A stretch of 64,000 nt of DNA from Nitrospirota bacterium (lineage in GTDB: Bacteria; Nitrospirota; JACRHJ01). Every line of letters starts with the position of its first letter. Within the stretch, counting starts at the first letter, position 1. The stretch is from assembly GCA_963733375.1 (NCBI GenBank), contig CAVTDB010000010.1, forward strand, positions 1 through 64,000, read 5' to 3'. Shown piece by piece: positions 21,520-33,299 of this stretch. The position numbers and the translations under genes were made by a program. Below the pieces are notes generated by a model that saw only the letters and a list, made by a program, of their open reading frames with translations, ran no database searches and was not told the origin of the DNA.

Positions 21520-23557
21520 TTATTTCCCGAATATTTTCCTGTACGTCCCCTTCTGCCGGTTCTCCAGGCGCACTTCCTCCGTCCGGGTGCGGCCGCGGGC
21601 AACGATGGAGTGGTACGAAGAGAGCGCCCACAGCGGGAAATACTTGCTGTACATGTGGTAGCGGAGGTAGAAGACCCTGGGGAAACCCGTCCCGGTGTAA
21701 TCTTCCTCGTCCCAATACCCGTAGCGGTTCTGGGTGCGAAGGAGATATTCTATCCCGCGCTTGACTTCATGCGAGGCGGCCTCGCCCGCGGATATAAGCC
21801 CTATCAACGCCCACGAAGTCTGGGAGACCGTGGAGCGCCAGTCTTCGGCGTGCGGGTCGCGGTACGTGTCGCAGGACTCGCCCCAGCCGCCGTCCTCGTG
21901 CTGGCGGCTTTTGAGCCACCTGACGGCCTTGCGGATGTATTCCTTGTCCATGTCTTCGCCGATCAGCTTAAGGCCGGCCAGTACGGACCACGTCCCGTAG
22001 ATATAGTTCACGCCCCAGCGCCCGTACCATGAGCCGTCCTGCTCCTGCTCCCTGCAGGACAAAATCGTGCGCCGCCTTTGCGGGGCCGTAGGAGAGGTCA
22101 AGCCCCATAAGACCCATTATCTCAAGCGCCCGGCCGGTAAGGTCGGACGTGGAGGGGTCCAGGAGCGCGCCGTGGTCGGCGAACGGGATATGGTTGAATA
22201 TCAGCTTGTTGTTGTCCTTGTCGAACGCGCCCCAGCCGCCGTCGCTGCACTGCATTTTTATAAGCCACTCGAAGGCGGCGGTGATGCGGCGGAGCTTCTT
22301 TTCCTCCTCGAAGGTCTTTACCTTCAGGAGCGCGAGGAGCACCATCGACGTGTCGTCGTTATCGGGGTAGAACTCGTTCTCGAACTGGAAATACCAGCCG
22401 CCCGGGTCCGCGTCCGGCACCTTCACCTTCCAGTCCCCCCTGGTGGAGGTCTGCTTTCGGAAGAGCCAGTCCGCCGCATGGCGGAAGCTGCCGTGGTCCG
22501 ACGGGAGGCCGGACTCAAAAAGCGCGTTCATGGCGATGGGCGTGTCCCAGACCGGCGAGGCGCAGGGCTGGAGGTACATCGACTCGCCGTCTTCCAGTTC
22601 CACCTCCAGGTCCTCGATGGATTTAAATGCCTGCTCTAACAGGGGGTCGCCGTCCGGGTGGCCGATCAGCTTCAGCGCCACCACGGAATTGGCCATCGCC
22701 GGGTATATGCCGCCAAGTCCGCCCTCGCCCTTCATCCGCTCCGCCATCCATTTATACGCTTCCGTGAAGCCCTTCGCCCGGAGGGCCTTGTTGGCGTGCT
22801 TCTCGTAGAACCGGAGGAAGCCGTCCAGCGTGATGAATATGTTCTTCCAGGTAAGTAACTTTTCCTCTTTGATGAAACGCGGGTCTCTCTCCCTGCATTT
22901 CTCCCAGTCGTCTTCGCGCTGGAATAACTCGGAGAGGCCAAGCTCGGGCGGGAGCTGGTAGATCGGCTTCTTGTCGAATATCAAAAGGAGCGGGACAATG
23001 ACCGTCCTGGACCAGTAGGATACCTCGTAGATGTTGAAATAGAACCAGGTCGGCAGGAGCATTATCTCCACCGGCATGCAGGGTATCCCGTCCCAGGGGT
23101 ACTGCCCGAACATCGCCAGCGTTATCTTCGTGAAAACGTTCGCGCGGATCAGCCCGCCGCGTTTCAGGACGTTCTCACGCGCCCGCGCCATGAACGGCTC
23201 GCCAGGCGAGACTCCCGCGAGCTTTAGCGCGAAATATGTCTTTATGGTTGCGGACAGGTCGGAGGGGCCGCCCCGGTAGATATACCAGCCGCCGTCCTCC
23301 ATCTGTATGGACTTCAGATAATTGGCTATCCGCTCTTCCTTCGCCTCGTCCACGCGGCCAAGCAAGCGGCGGAACATGAGGTATTCAGCAGGTATGGTGG
23401 CATCGGCCTCGAGCTGGTCCACCCAGAACCCCTCGACAGGGTCCTGGACGCCAAGGAGATACCTCATAGCCTTATCTACCGCGCCTTCGACCTCTGTCTG
23501 GGAGATCCTGCCGCCGGTCCCGTTCAGATAAGACCTCCTGGCTATCCTCTCGTCCAT
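21520..23557 (-). CDS. shc: Squalene-hopene cyclase (frameshift near 22060)
   Basis: Catalytic YPDNDD; QW repeats (QMEDGGW, QCSDGGW, QHEDGGWGES); GRWGVNYIYGT; GTGFPRVFYLRYHMY. Confidence 0.96.
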
Positions 23558-23661
23558 GCCTTCCCCGCCCCCCTTACGATAATTCCTCATATTTCTTAAA
23601 CAGTTGAATTCGCCCGTGAAACTGGGCAACCGTTCAAATTATACTTCTTGATAGCCTTATG

Positions 23662-24661
23662 TCAAGTAAAGTTCCACTTGATAAGCTCCACAACGTCCTT
23701 GAAGCTTTTCCCTACTTCCTCCACCGCCGTCGGCTCGACTCCGCAGTGCATCATGCAGTCGCGGCAGCGCGGGTCTTTCCTCTCCACGAATTTATCCCAC
23801 TGCGTGTCATCGATAAGCTCGCGAAATGTCTTGTAATGACGGTCGGTTATGAGATAGCAGGGACCCTTCCAGCCCTGGGGGCCGACAGTAACGCTGCCCC
23901 AGGGGGTGCATTTCAAGGTTCCGCTCGCCGGCCAGGAACCGCATGTAAAGCGGGGTGTTGACGAAGCGGTATTTCCCGGCCATCTTGAACACGGTCTTGA
24001 ACTTCTCCCAGCTCTCTTCACGCGCCAGGAATATGTCATTCTCTACCGCGTCATAGGAGAAGCCCGGCGTGACCAGGAACCCGTCCACACCGAGGGCCGT
24101 AAGCCTTTTGAAAAGCTCCTCGATCTCCTTTACGTCCGACTCCTTGTAGAGCGTGGTATTTACAATCAGGCGATGGCCCCTGGCCTTGGCGTCGGAGATA
24201 GCCTTGGTCTGGACGTCGAATATCCCCTTGCGGCCCCGCGTCATCTCCTGCGTCTTTTCCAGGCCGTCTATGGATATTGTAAACGTCAGGTACGGAGACG
24301 GGGTGAACTTGTCCAGCGAGTCCGAGAGCTTGAGCGCGTTCGTGCAGAACTGGACATGTCTTTTTATGGCTATCAGCTCTTTCACGAGCGGGCCTATCTC
24401 CGGGTATATCAGGGGCTCTCCGCCGCAGATGGAGACCACCGGCGCGCCGCACTCCTTTGCCGCGTCTATGCACTGCTTCAGGGTCATCATGTCCTGGAGG
24501 GTGTCTTTATACTCCCTTATCCTCCCGCAGCCAATGCAGGCGAGGTTGCATAGATGGAGCGGCTCCAGCATCATCACAAGCGGGAATTTCTTGACCCCCT
24601 TGATTTTGTTTTTGATAATGTACTTCGTCATTGAGACGTTCAACTGCACGGGGTGACGCAT
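23662..24661 (-). CDS. hpnH: Adenosylhopane synthase, radical SAM (frameshift near 23910)
   Basis: PLVMMLEPLHLCNLACIGCGRI; CTPWG...GWKGPCYL; DPRCRDCMMHCG. Confidence 0.93.
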
Positions 24662-24694
24662 TAATAACTACCTCCTGCTGATAATAAACGGCTG

Positions 24695-25324
24695 CTACTC
24701 TCCCCCGCCGCCCGGGGCAACCATCGACTCGGATTCTTCCTTGTTCTGCAACTTCTTCAGCAGTTCCGCGTAAGACGAAGACCTGATTATCTTGTTGAAC
24801 TGGATCCGGTAGTTGTTCACCAGGGAGACGTTCTCGATGACGATATCGTACACCCACCATTGCCCGTTCTTCGTCATCAACTGGTAATTGACGGGTATCT
24901 CTTCGTGGCGTTTCGTGATTATCTTGGAGTCCACCGTGGCGTGATCGCCGTCTATCTTTTCGCTGTCATAGACGACTTTTTCGTTGGTGTACCCCTCTAT
25001 CCTGTTAATGTAGGAACGCTCCAGGAGGTCGGAGAAAAGTTTCACGAACTGGTCCTGCTCCTTTGGAGTCCGCTGACGCCAGAAGGTCGCCAGAGAACGC
25101 TTCGCCATCTCCCTGTAATCGAAGACGGTCTCGGCCGTGGCCATTATCTTCGCCCTTCTCTGCTTTTCGTGGGCGGGGCCTTTGAGCTTCGGGTCTTTCA
25201 ATATATCGATTACCTTGTCCGCCGCATTCTTCACCCTCTCCGTCGGCGCCCCGGCGAACGCGCTTCCTGCAAACGCCATTATAAACATGGCGGATAAAAC
25301 CGCCAGATAAATTTTCATTTTCAT
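24695..25324 (-). CDS. mlaC: MlaC/Ttg2D (HpnM-like) periplasmic lipid-binding protein
   Basis: Signal peptide; FDYREMAKRSL; YDIVIENVSLVNNYRIQF. Confidence 0.85.
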   Translation of the reverse strand: MKMKIYLAVLSAMFIMAFAGSAFAGAPTERVKNAADKVIDILKDPKLKGPAHEKQRRAKIMATAETVFDYREMAKRSLATFWRQRTPKEQDQFVKLFSDLLERSYINRIEGYTNEKVVYDSEKIDGDHATVDSKIITKRHEEIPVNYQLMTKNGQWWVYDIVIENVSLVNNYRIQFNKIIRSSSYAELLKKLQNKEESESMVAPGGGGE

Positions 25325-26793
25325 TTCTGCTCTCCTTTCATATCCTTCTCCATTTTCTCCACTGACTTCATCGGGTCCTGGTCCACGGTATATGGCACAT
25401 CGGAGGCGTCTTTGCCGGTCGCGTGGTCCAGGTTCGCGATTGCCATCCGTTGATTAAATATAGCACGGAAGTAATCGGCGCGTAGCCTCCCGTAGACGCT
25501 CACGGAGTCTGCGATGTCCCTGGCCTCGCCGACGCCAAGGTCGAAATTGGAAAGGGACGCCACTACCCATTGTTTCGACTTCGTGTACGCGCCGTTAAGC
25601 GACTTTATCTCACTGTCGGCCTCGACCAGCTGAAGGTATGCGTCCTTCACCTGGAAGGGCACCCCGCCCTCGGCGTAAAGCTGCTTCATCTGGAGCTTCA
25701 TGTATTCCGCCTTGGCCTCGGCCACCCGCCCGCTCCTGATACCGAAGTCCAGCCCCCATTTAAACCCTACCACCGCGCCGCCGTATGCATGGTTGAAATC
25801 GTCGGTGATATAGGGGTTGTTCAAATGGTCCCTGTTTGTGGCACCCGCGATGGAGTAAAGCCCAGCCACGAATACCTGCGGGAAGTAGTCCGCATATTCC
25901 GCCTTTACCAGGGACTCCTTCGCCGCCAGCCCTTCCTTCAGTTGAAGGAACTCAAGGCGTTCCTTCATAGCCATCTTCTTATAGAAATCGTAGTCCTCTA
26001 AATTTACCTGGGCCGGCTCCAGGAACTCGTCCTTTATATCTATGTCCTTGCCCACATTGTCGGTAAGGAGCTGAAGGCCGAAGTACGCCTTGTTTATGCC
26101 CTGGTCCGCCATTGCCATATATTTTTCCAGTTCGCCCTGGTACGTCTGGAGTTTGTAAAGGTCCACCTGGTCCACGTTCGGCGCGCCCGCGTCGAGCTGG
26201 CGTTTGACCTTGTCCGTGGACTTGTCCAGCTGCTCTTTTATGTCCTGCAGGAGGCCTTTCAGCTCCCGCCCGAGGAGCAGGCCGTAGTATGCCTCCTTCA
26301 CCTGCAACGCGACCTCGGTGGCCTTCAGCCTCGCCCCGGCCTCGTACGCCTTCACGGCGTGGCCCGCGGCATCACGGTAGGACTGTATTTTCCCGAATGT
26401 ATAGATAGGCTGGATGAGGACGACGTCGGCATTGCCGAACACGCCGTCATATGAGGGCTTGTTTATGTTGGTGGTGCTCTCGGGGTTGCCGAATTTGCCG
26501 TCGAGGAGTCTGGCGCGCGGGGAGAGGCTCCCGTATGCGGTTAAATCGATTGTGGCGAACCGGGAGGCGTCGGCCTGCTTCTTCTTGTCGCGGTAAACTT
26601 CGGCATCGAATTCCGATTGCTTTATCTCGGCGTTCACCTTGACCGCAAGCCTTATTGCGTCGTCCAGGGAAAGGACTACTTTCTCCTTCGAGAATGCGGC
26701 AGGTATTGATGTAAAAAGGACGAGCGCCACGGCGACCGTGGACAACAAAACCTTAGAAAGCCCGTTATGCATTGAAACCCCCTTTCGATGCAA
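25321..26793 (-). CDS. TolC family outer-membrane protein
   Basis: Signal peptide; LSLDDAIRLA; QPIYTFGKI; two OEP repeats (VKEAYY, VKDAYL). Confidence 0.85.
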   Translation of the reverse strand: MHRKGVSMHNGLSKVLLSTVAVALVLFTSIPAAFSKEKVVLSLDDAIRLAVKVNAEIKQSEFDAEVYRDKKKQADASRFATIDLTAYGSLSPRARLLDGKFGNPESTTNINKPSYDGVFGNADVVLIQPIYTFGKIQSYRDAAGHAVKAYEAGARLKATEVALQVKEAYYGLLLGRELKGLLQDIKEQLDKSTDKVKRQLDAGAPNVDQVDLYKLQTYQGELEKYMAMADQGINKAYFGLQLLTDNVGKDIDIKDEFLEPAQVNLEDYDFYKKMAMKERLEFLQLKEGLAAKESLVKAEYADYFPQVFVAGLYSIAGATNRDHLNNPYITDDFNHAYGGAVVGFKWGLDFGIRSGRVAEAKAEYMKLQMKQLYAEGGVPFQVKDAYLQLVEADSEIKSLNGAYTKSKQWVVASLSNFDLGVGEARDIADSVSVYGRLRADYFRAIFNQRMAIANLDHATGKDASDVPYTVDQDPMKSVEKMEKDMKGEQK

Positions 26794-26802
26794 CCGCTAA
26801 GT

Positions 26803-27243
26803 CTATACTTTTCCGAATATGTAATTTGCTATAAGGCTCTCGAAATCTATCGCCGACTCCGTCTCATGGAGCGTCCCCCCGGCCGCCATCATCTTGTCGG
26901 AGCCTCCGGGAGAAAGTGAGACGTATTTCTCGCCGATCAGCCCCTTCGTTTTTATGGAAGCGATGGAGTCGTCGGATATCTTCACATTTTGCTTCATCCT
27001 CATGACAACCAGCGCCTGGTAGTCTTTGAGCGTTATATTCGTCACCCGGCCCACATCGACCCCGGCGATCTCCACGGTGGCGCCCGCCTTAAGCCCTCCG
27101 ATATTGCTGAACTCCGCCTGAACATTGTAGCCGGTGTTGCCTATGACCTCCAGTTTCCCAAGCTTTATGGAAAGAAAGGCCAGCGCGGCAAGGCCCACGA
27201 GGACGAAAATCCCCACCAACATCTCTAATCTGTCCCTTCTCAT
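26803..27243 (-). CDS. mlaD: MCE protein MlaD
   Basis: VGIFVLVG, FSNIGGLKAGATVEIAGVDVGRV, IKTKGLIGEKYV. Confidence 0.92.
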   Translation of the reverse strand: MRRDRLEMLVGIFVLVGLAALAFLSIKLGKLEVIGNTGYNVQAEFSNIGGLKAGATVEIAGVDVGRVTNITLKDYQALVVMRMKQNVKISDDSIASIKTKGLIGEKYVSLSPGGSDKMMAAGGTLHETESAIDFESLIANYIFGKV

Positions 27244-27992
27244 GCCTTCCCTCCGACTGAAACCTCTTCAGATATGCCCCGCACGAACCGCATCACCTCG
27301 GGGACCTGGGAATTTTTTATCTCTTCCGCCGTGCCTATCTGCGCCATCACGCCGTCCGAGAGCATCCCCACCTTGTCCGCGACTTCGAATATCTCCGGTA
27401 TCTCATGGCTTACGATAATCGCCGTGAAGCCGTAGGTCTTCTTGCCCCATAGAATGAGCTTATGCACCGAGTCCACGAGTATCGGGTCAAGACCCGTCGT
27501 CGGCTCATCGAAAAGCACGATCTCCGGCCGCGTCACCAGCACCCGCGCAAATGCCGCCCGCTTCCTCATTCCGCCGGAGACCTCTTCCGGATATTTATGG
27601 CCCATGCCGGAGAGTCCCACCTTATCAAGCTCTTCCTCTGCGCGCGCCTTTATCTCGCCCGCCTTCAGCTTCGTCTTCTCCCGAAGCGGAAAGGCGACGT
27701 TGTCATAAATAGTCATCGAATCGAATAACGCCCCGCTCTGGAAGAGATAGCCGAAACGGTCCCGCATCTTATAAAGCGAAGGGCCTTTAAGCCCCCGGAT
27801 GGAGGCACCGTCGATTAAAACGTCTCCCGAATCCGCGTCCAGAAGGCGCATTATAACCTTCAGAAGGACGCTCTTGCCCTGGCCGCTCCCGCCGATGACG
27901 GCGAATATCTCGCCCTTATCGACGGTGAAGGATACGCCTTTCAGGACCTGCTGGGAGCCGAAGGATTTTTTTAAATTTTTAACTTCTATCAA
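27240..27992 (-). CDS. mlaF: ABC ATPase MlaF
   Basis: GGSGQGKS, FQSGALFDSM, SGGMRKR, DEPTTGLDP. Confidence 0.9.
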   Translation of the reverse strand: MIEVKNLKKSFGSQQVLKGVSFTVDKGEIFAVIGGSGQGKSVLLKVIMRLLDADSGDVLIDGASIRGLKGPSLYKMRDRFGYLFQSGALFDSMTIYDNVAFPLREKTKLKAGEIKARAEEELDKVGLSGMGHKYPEEVSGGMRKRAAFARVLVTRPEIVLFDEPTTGLDPILVDSVHKLILWGKKTYGFTAIIVSHEIPEIFEVADKVGMLSDGVMAQIGTAEEIKNSQVPEVMRFVRGISEEVSVGGKA

Positions 27993-28007
27993 GAAATCAC
28001 CATCTGA

Positions 28008-28802
28008 CTAAAAATTCAGCATCACCGAGTTCAGGAAGTAATCCCACACCAGCACAAGCGTGGACGCCATTACCACGGCGGACGTGGTGGCGCGGCTTAC
28101 GCCTTCCGCCCCGTGCCCGGTTTTATAGCCCTTATAGCAGGACACCCAGGTCATGATGACGCCGAAACAGAGGCTTTTTATCATGCCGTCCGTTATATCC
28201 CTTAAATCGACAAAGTCCTGGATGCCCGAGAAATACGTCCCGGGAGAGAGCGACAGGAGCTTTACGCCGATTAAATACCCGCCGTAAATTGCGACTACGT
28301 TAAAAATCGCGCCCAGAAGCGGGAACGATATCAGCGCCGCGAGCAGGTTGGGCACCATCAGGTACCGAAAGGGCGAGAGCGACATCGCTTCCAGCGCATC
28401 CACCTGCTCGGTAATGCGCATGATGCCTATCTCCGCCGACAGCGCGGAACCTGCGCGCCCTATTATCATCAGCGCCGCGAGCACCGGCCCCAGCTCCCGG
28501 ATAACCGAGAGCGCTATCGCCGGACCGAGATACGCCTCCGCGCCGAACTTCTGCAGTGTGTAGTATATCTGGAGGCCCAGTATCATGCCGGTGAAAGCGC
28601 CGGTCAGGACGATGAGCGCAGTGCTCCTGGCCCCCATGAACGCTATCTGGCGGACCACCCTCTTCAGTTTCAGGGGCGGCAGGAACGTCCAATAGAGCGT
28701 CGTGACCAGGAAGAGGAACATATCCCCTATCTCCTGGACGAGGCCAATGACAGCCGCCCCGATCTGTCTCGGGACCTCTAGTATGTAACCCGTTATACTC
28801 AA
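28008..28802 (-). CDS. mlaE: ABC permease MlaE
   Basis: RELGPVLAALM..GRAGSA..AEIGIMRITEQVDAL; GAEGVSRATT; TTG 28802 lies 7 nt after a TATTAT -10. Confidence 0.92.
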   Translation of the reverse strand: MSITGYILEVPRQIGAAVIGLVQEIGDMFLFLVTTLYWTFLPPLKLKRVVRQIAFMGARSTALIVLTGAFTGMILGLQIYYTLQKFGAEAYLGPAIALSVIRELGPVLAALMIIGRAGSALSAEIGIMRITEQVDALEAMSLSPFRYLMVPNLLAALISFPLLGAIFNVVAIYGGYLIGVKLLSLSPGTYFSGIQDFVDLRDITDGMIKSLCFGVIMTWVSCYKGYKTGHGAEGVSRATTSAVVMASTLVLVWDYFLNSVMLNF

Positions 28803-28849
28803 GCCTTGAATAATAATAGCACACACAATTATTGGCAAGCTTTTTTTAA

Positions 28850-28893
28850 ATTACTTTCCTTTTGAGAAAAGAGAGTAATCAAAGAAAAGCTGA
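28850..28893 (+). repeat. REP-like palindrome (type A)
   Basis: ATTACTTTCCTTTT-GAG-AAAAGAGAGTAAT then CAAAGAAAAGCTG; resembles copies at 61173 and 62270. Confidence 0.6.
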
Positions 28894-29003
28894 CTTAAAG
28901 TCCCGCTTTCTTTTGCTGTTTCCACATTTCACAGGCGGGGGCTTTCGAAGATGGACAAAATGCGCGGCGCCTTAGCCGCTTTCACGTGAAAGAAAAGTAG
29001 AAA

Positions 29004-29032
29004 TTGACATACAGGAGCTGTTCCTATAGAAT
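29004..29032 (+). promoter_or_regulatory. sigma70 promoter of lptFG
   Basis: TTGACA-17 bp-TAGAAT, 9 nt before GTG 29042. Confidence 0.65.
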
Positions 29033-29041
29033 TTGTCCCTT

Positions 29042-30221
29042 GTGAAGATAATAGACCGCTATATAATAAAAGAACTGATCCCGCCTTTCCTGCTGGGCCT
29101 CCTGCTGTTCACTTTCGTGCTCCTGCTAAACAGAATTTTCAAGCTGACGGAGCTTATAGTGGCCAAGGGGGTGCCCTTTACAGAGGTTTTAAGGCTCGTC
29201 TCTTACATAATGCCCTCGTTCCTCACTCTCACCATACCCATGGCGCTCCTGCTCGGTGCGCTGGTGGCTTTCGGAAGGCTGTCCACGGACAGCGAGATAG
29301 TAGCCCTGAAGGCTACCGGGTTTCTCGCTTTACAGGCTGATGGCGCCGGTCATTGCCTTCAGCCTGATTGCCGCCATGGCGACGGCGTACTTCTCACTCT
29401 ACCTTGGCCCGGAGAAGGCCAGGAATTTCAAGAGAGACGTCTTCCTGCTCGCCCGGACGCATGCGTTCGCCGGGATAGAGGAAGGGGTGTTCAACGATAC
29501 TTTCAAGAACCTGGTAATCTACGCCAGAAAGGTACCGGCGCCCAACGAGATGAAGGGGGTATTCATCTCGGACGAGAGGAACCCGAACGACCCTTACGTC
29601 ATAATAGCCAACCGGGGGGCACTGGATATCGACCTGTCCACGGGATACGCATATCTTCACCTTAATAACGGCAGCATCCACAAAAAAGAAAACAAGTCCG
29701 GCTCCTATCAGGAGATAAACTTCGACACCAACACGCTGTCCATAGACCTCTACCAGAAGCTCATGGGAGACTCCGAGGCAAACAAAAGGGACAAGCGGGA
29801 GATGTCGATTAACGAGCTAAGAGAGATGGCGAGACAGGCGGCAGGGACCGGAAAAGAAGGGTATGTCCTTATGACAGAGTATTACAAGCGCTTCACCGTT
29901 CCCTTAGCCTGCATAATCTTCGGTTTCTTAGGCCCCCCCCTGGGCATGTTCTCGCGGCGTTCCGGGAAGTCGTCGGGCGTTACAGTCGCTCTTGTTATCT
30001 TCACGCTCTATTACCTTCTGATGAAAGGCGGGGAGAACATGGCCGCCGCCGGCAATTTCCCGCCCCTTCTCGCCGCGCTCCTGCCAAATGTCGTAGTAGG
30101 ATTGCTGGGGGCTTATTTAGTCGTGTCCGCGAGCAACGAGAGAAATATCGGACTCCAGGAGCTTAAGAACTTCTACGGCACGCTCGGAAGAGCGGCGGCG
30201 TCCAGGAGGAAAAACGGGTGA
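29042..30221 (+). CDS. lptF: LPS export ABC permease LptF (frameshift near 29320)
   Basis: IIDRYIIKELIPPF, GRLSTDSEIVALKATG, IEEGVFN; adjacent to lptG. Confidence 0.88.
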
Positions 30222-31306
30222 AGATATTAAACCGTTACATCCTGAAAGAATTCAGCCGCTTCCTGGCCATTACGCTTTCGGCCTTCCTGGTCCTTTTCCT
30301 GATTGGCGACTTCATAGAGAAAGTGGACGATTACGTGGAGCACAAGGCGCAGGCGGTGGACGTAATCAGCTATATGCTCTACCAGGTCCCGAACATCGCG
30401 TTTATGGTCATGCCGTTGGCCGTGCTCCTGTCCACGCTTTTAAGCTTGGGGCTTCTGTCCAAAAACGGAGAGATAATCGCGATGAAGGCGGGAGGATTGC
30501 CGCTCTACCGGATAGTGGCGCCGATATTCATTACCGCCCTGGTCCTCTCCGGGCTCCTTTTCTGGGCAAACCAGACCGTGATCCCCTATTGCAACGCAAA
30601 GGCGGAATACATAAAGCAGGTGAAGATAGAGAAAAAGCCCGCCCGTCCCATGCTGAAACACGACAAGTTCTGGTTCCGGGGCCCCGGCGGAGAAGTGGTC
30701 AACGTCGGGCTGGTGGAATTCAAGTCCGGGGCTCCGACCTGCTATGGCGTCACTTTTTACAGGCTGGACAAGGACTTCAACCTCTACCAGCGCGTGGACT
30801 CGGAGAAGATGGACTGGGAAGCGGGCAAATGGGTGCTTTTAAAAGGAATCGCATACGATTTCAAGCCGGGCGGCGGCATACGGATGAAAAAGTTCGACAG
30901 GTTGGCTATAAACCTTCCGGAGAAACCGGACGATTTCAAGAGGGTGGAACGGCTGTCTGAAGAGATGGATTTCTCGGAGCTCCAGAATTATATAGCAATG
31001 CTCCACAGGGAAGGGTACAACCCGGTAAAATATATGGTGGACCTTTACGGGAAGGTATCGTTCACGCTGGCCAACCTGATAATGGTCATCGTAGCCGTGC
31101 CGTTTTCGCTGAGGACCTCACGGAGCGGCGGGATGGCCCTTGGCGTCGCCATTTGCGTCGTCCTCGCCATCAGTTACTGGTTTCTTTATTCCTTCTCCAT
31201 CTCGCTTGGGCACGCGGGCAGGTTCCCCCCGCTGTTCGCGGCATGGTTCTCAAACGCACTTTTCTGCGCGTCGGGAATTTACTTGTACATACAGGCGGAC
31301 AGATAG
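30218..31306 (+). CDS. lptG: LPS export ABC permease LptG
   Basis: ILNRYILKEF, LSKNGEIIAMKAGG, RSGG, PPLFAAW. Confidence 0.9.
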   Translation: MKILNRYILKEFSRFLAITLSAFLVLFLIGDFIEKVDDYVEHKAQAVDVISYMLYQVPNIAFMVMPLAVLLSTLLSLGLLSKNGEIIAMKAGGLPLYRIVAPIFITALVLSGLLFWANQTVIPYCNAKAEYIKQVKIEKKPARPMLKHDKFWFRGPGGEVVNVGLVEFKSGAPTCYGVTFYRLDKDFNLYQRVDSEKMDWEAGKWVLLKGIAYDFKPGGGIRMKKFDRLAINLPEKPDDFKRVERLSEEMDFSELQNYIAMLHREGYNPVKYMVDLYGKVSFTLANLIMVIVAVPFSLRTSRSGGMALGVAICVVLAISYWFLYSFSISLGHAGRFPPLFAAWFSNALFCASGIYLYIQADR

Positions 31307-31443
31307 AAAGCTTAAGCTTCTTCCAATGAAAGACTCTTCCGTTCTCCCTGTTAATTGTAACCTTATGTACGGCAAAATTGTCTCTCGTAATTATTGCAAC
31401 TATTATGGCAATCTCATAATAGAGATGTACGAAAAGAGGATAT

Positions 31444-33213
31444 GTGATTAAAATCGCGGCCATCATCATCCTGACGGCTCTCATCTTTGTTTATGACCTG
31501 AACACCCCCCACGGGATGTCCGTCTCTCTTTTGTACCTCATACCTTTTAGCCTTTCAGGGATGCTCACAGGGAAAAAATTCGCCTTCGCCTTCGCGGGCG
31601 TCACAACGGCGCTCGTGATAGCGGGATATTTCCTTGCGGCGGCGCCCAACTTCCCGGTGGTCAGCGAGATTAACAGGTCGCTGACCGTCCTGGTGGGGTG
31701 GGGGATACTGGTCGGCTTGATGCAGCGGAAGAGAGTCCTCAGTGAGCTTTCCGAGGCAAACGCCAGATTGAAGGCCATTTTCGACTCCTCGCCAAATGGC
31801 ATAATAGTGCTCGACCCGGAAGGGAATGTGCTAGACTGGAACCGCGGGAGCCCAGGACATTTTCGGTTACGCTCCCGAAGAAGTAAAGGGACGCCCTTAC
31901 CCGATCGCACCGGCAGAGGACTTCCGAAAGAACCTTGATTCGGCGCTTGCCGGAAATACGTTAAAAAACATCGAAATCTCCCGCAGGCGTAAAGACGGCA
32001 AAACGGTGCATATACTTCATTCGCACGCCCCGCTCCGGGATGCGGAAGGAAACATTTACGGCGCCTTAGGGATTTTTATCGACCTCACCGAAAAGAAACG
32101 GGCCGAAGCGGAAATTGAAAAAGCCAACGCGAAGTTGAAGGCTATATTTGAATGCGCGCCGGTGGCGATAATAGCGCTTGATCCGGACGGGAACGTCCTC
32201 GACTGGAACCGTGGGGCTCAGGATATATTCGGTTATGAGGCCAAAGAAGTGATAGGCCGCCCTTATCCCATAGTGGCGGAAGAGGACTTCGATTCGCTCA
32301 AAAAAAACCTGGATACGCTGTTCGGAGGAAAGTCAATATTTAACATGGAACTTCCCCGGAAGAGAAAAGACGGAAAGATAATACAGACGCTTGGTTCGGG
32401 CGCCCCGCTAAGAGATGCGAAGGGATATGTTGTGGGCACCCTGGTGACTTTTTTCGATCTTACCGAGAAGAAACGGGCCGAGGCGGATATCGAGAGATTG
32501 AATATCGAAGTAACCGAAAGAACGATGATTGAACGGGAAAGGGAGGACCTCTCCGCGATGATAATCCACGACCTGAAATCCCCGTTGACGGCGATGATGG
32601 CTTATACCGACATGCTTATCGAAAACAGGATCGAAGATAAAAAAGAGGCCTTAAAGATAATCCGGCAAGGCTCTGAAAAGATATTGGGAATGGTGGAAGA
32701 TTACCTGACCGTTTACAGGTCTCATGCGGTCAAGCTTGAGCTTCAGATGATGCCGGAAGAAATCGTAAATATCTTAAGAGGGCTTGAAAAGGACTTCCAG
32801 CGCCCTGGCGGAAAAAAAGGAATTCCGCCTGAAATTTGCCTTCGCGGACTCGCCCAAGGCGGTAATAGATAAAAAACAGTTCGGAAGGGCAGTATCGAAC
32901 CTCGTCGAGAACGCCATCAAATTTACCCCGAAGGGCGGCTCAATCACGTTATCCATGGAAGCGTCAGAGAGCGATTTTACCGTCTCCGTAAGCGATACCG
33001 GCCCCGGAATAATGCCTGAGGAGCAAGATGGATATCTTCCAGAAGCATTACCGTTCCAGCATGGCCATGGGCACCAAGGGCGCGGGCCTGGGCCTGGCAA
33101 TCGTAAAAGCGATCGCGGAGGCCCACGGCGGGAAAATCACCTTTGAGAATAACCCCGGCTCAGGAAGCACTTTTAAGCTTACAATCCCTCTGCGGCAGGA
33201 AAATGCGGAATAA
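31444..33213 (+). CDS. Membrane sensor histidine kinase with two PAS/PAC domains (about 3 frameshifts)
   Basis: TM N-terminus; duplicated LDP.GNVLDWNRG PAS; HDLKSPL; NLVENAIKFTP; DTGPGI; GAGLGLAIVK. Confidence 0.85.
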
Positions 33214-33299
33214 CCGGACGGCTGCCCAGGGGGCCGGGCGTTCCCCCGCGGCAGCCCTCAGCGCGTAAGCGTGTGCCCCGGATCCCGCTATTCCCCTCT

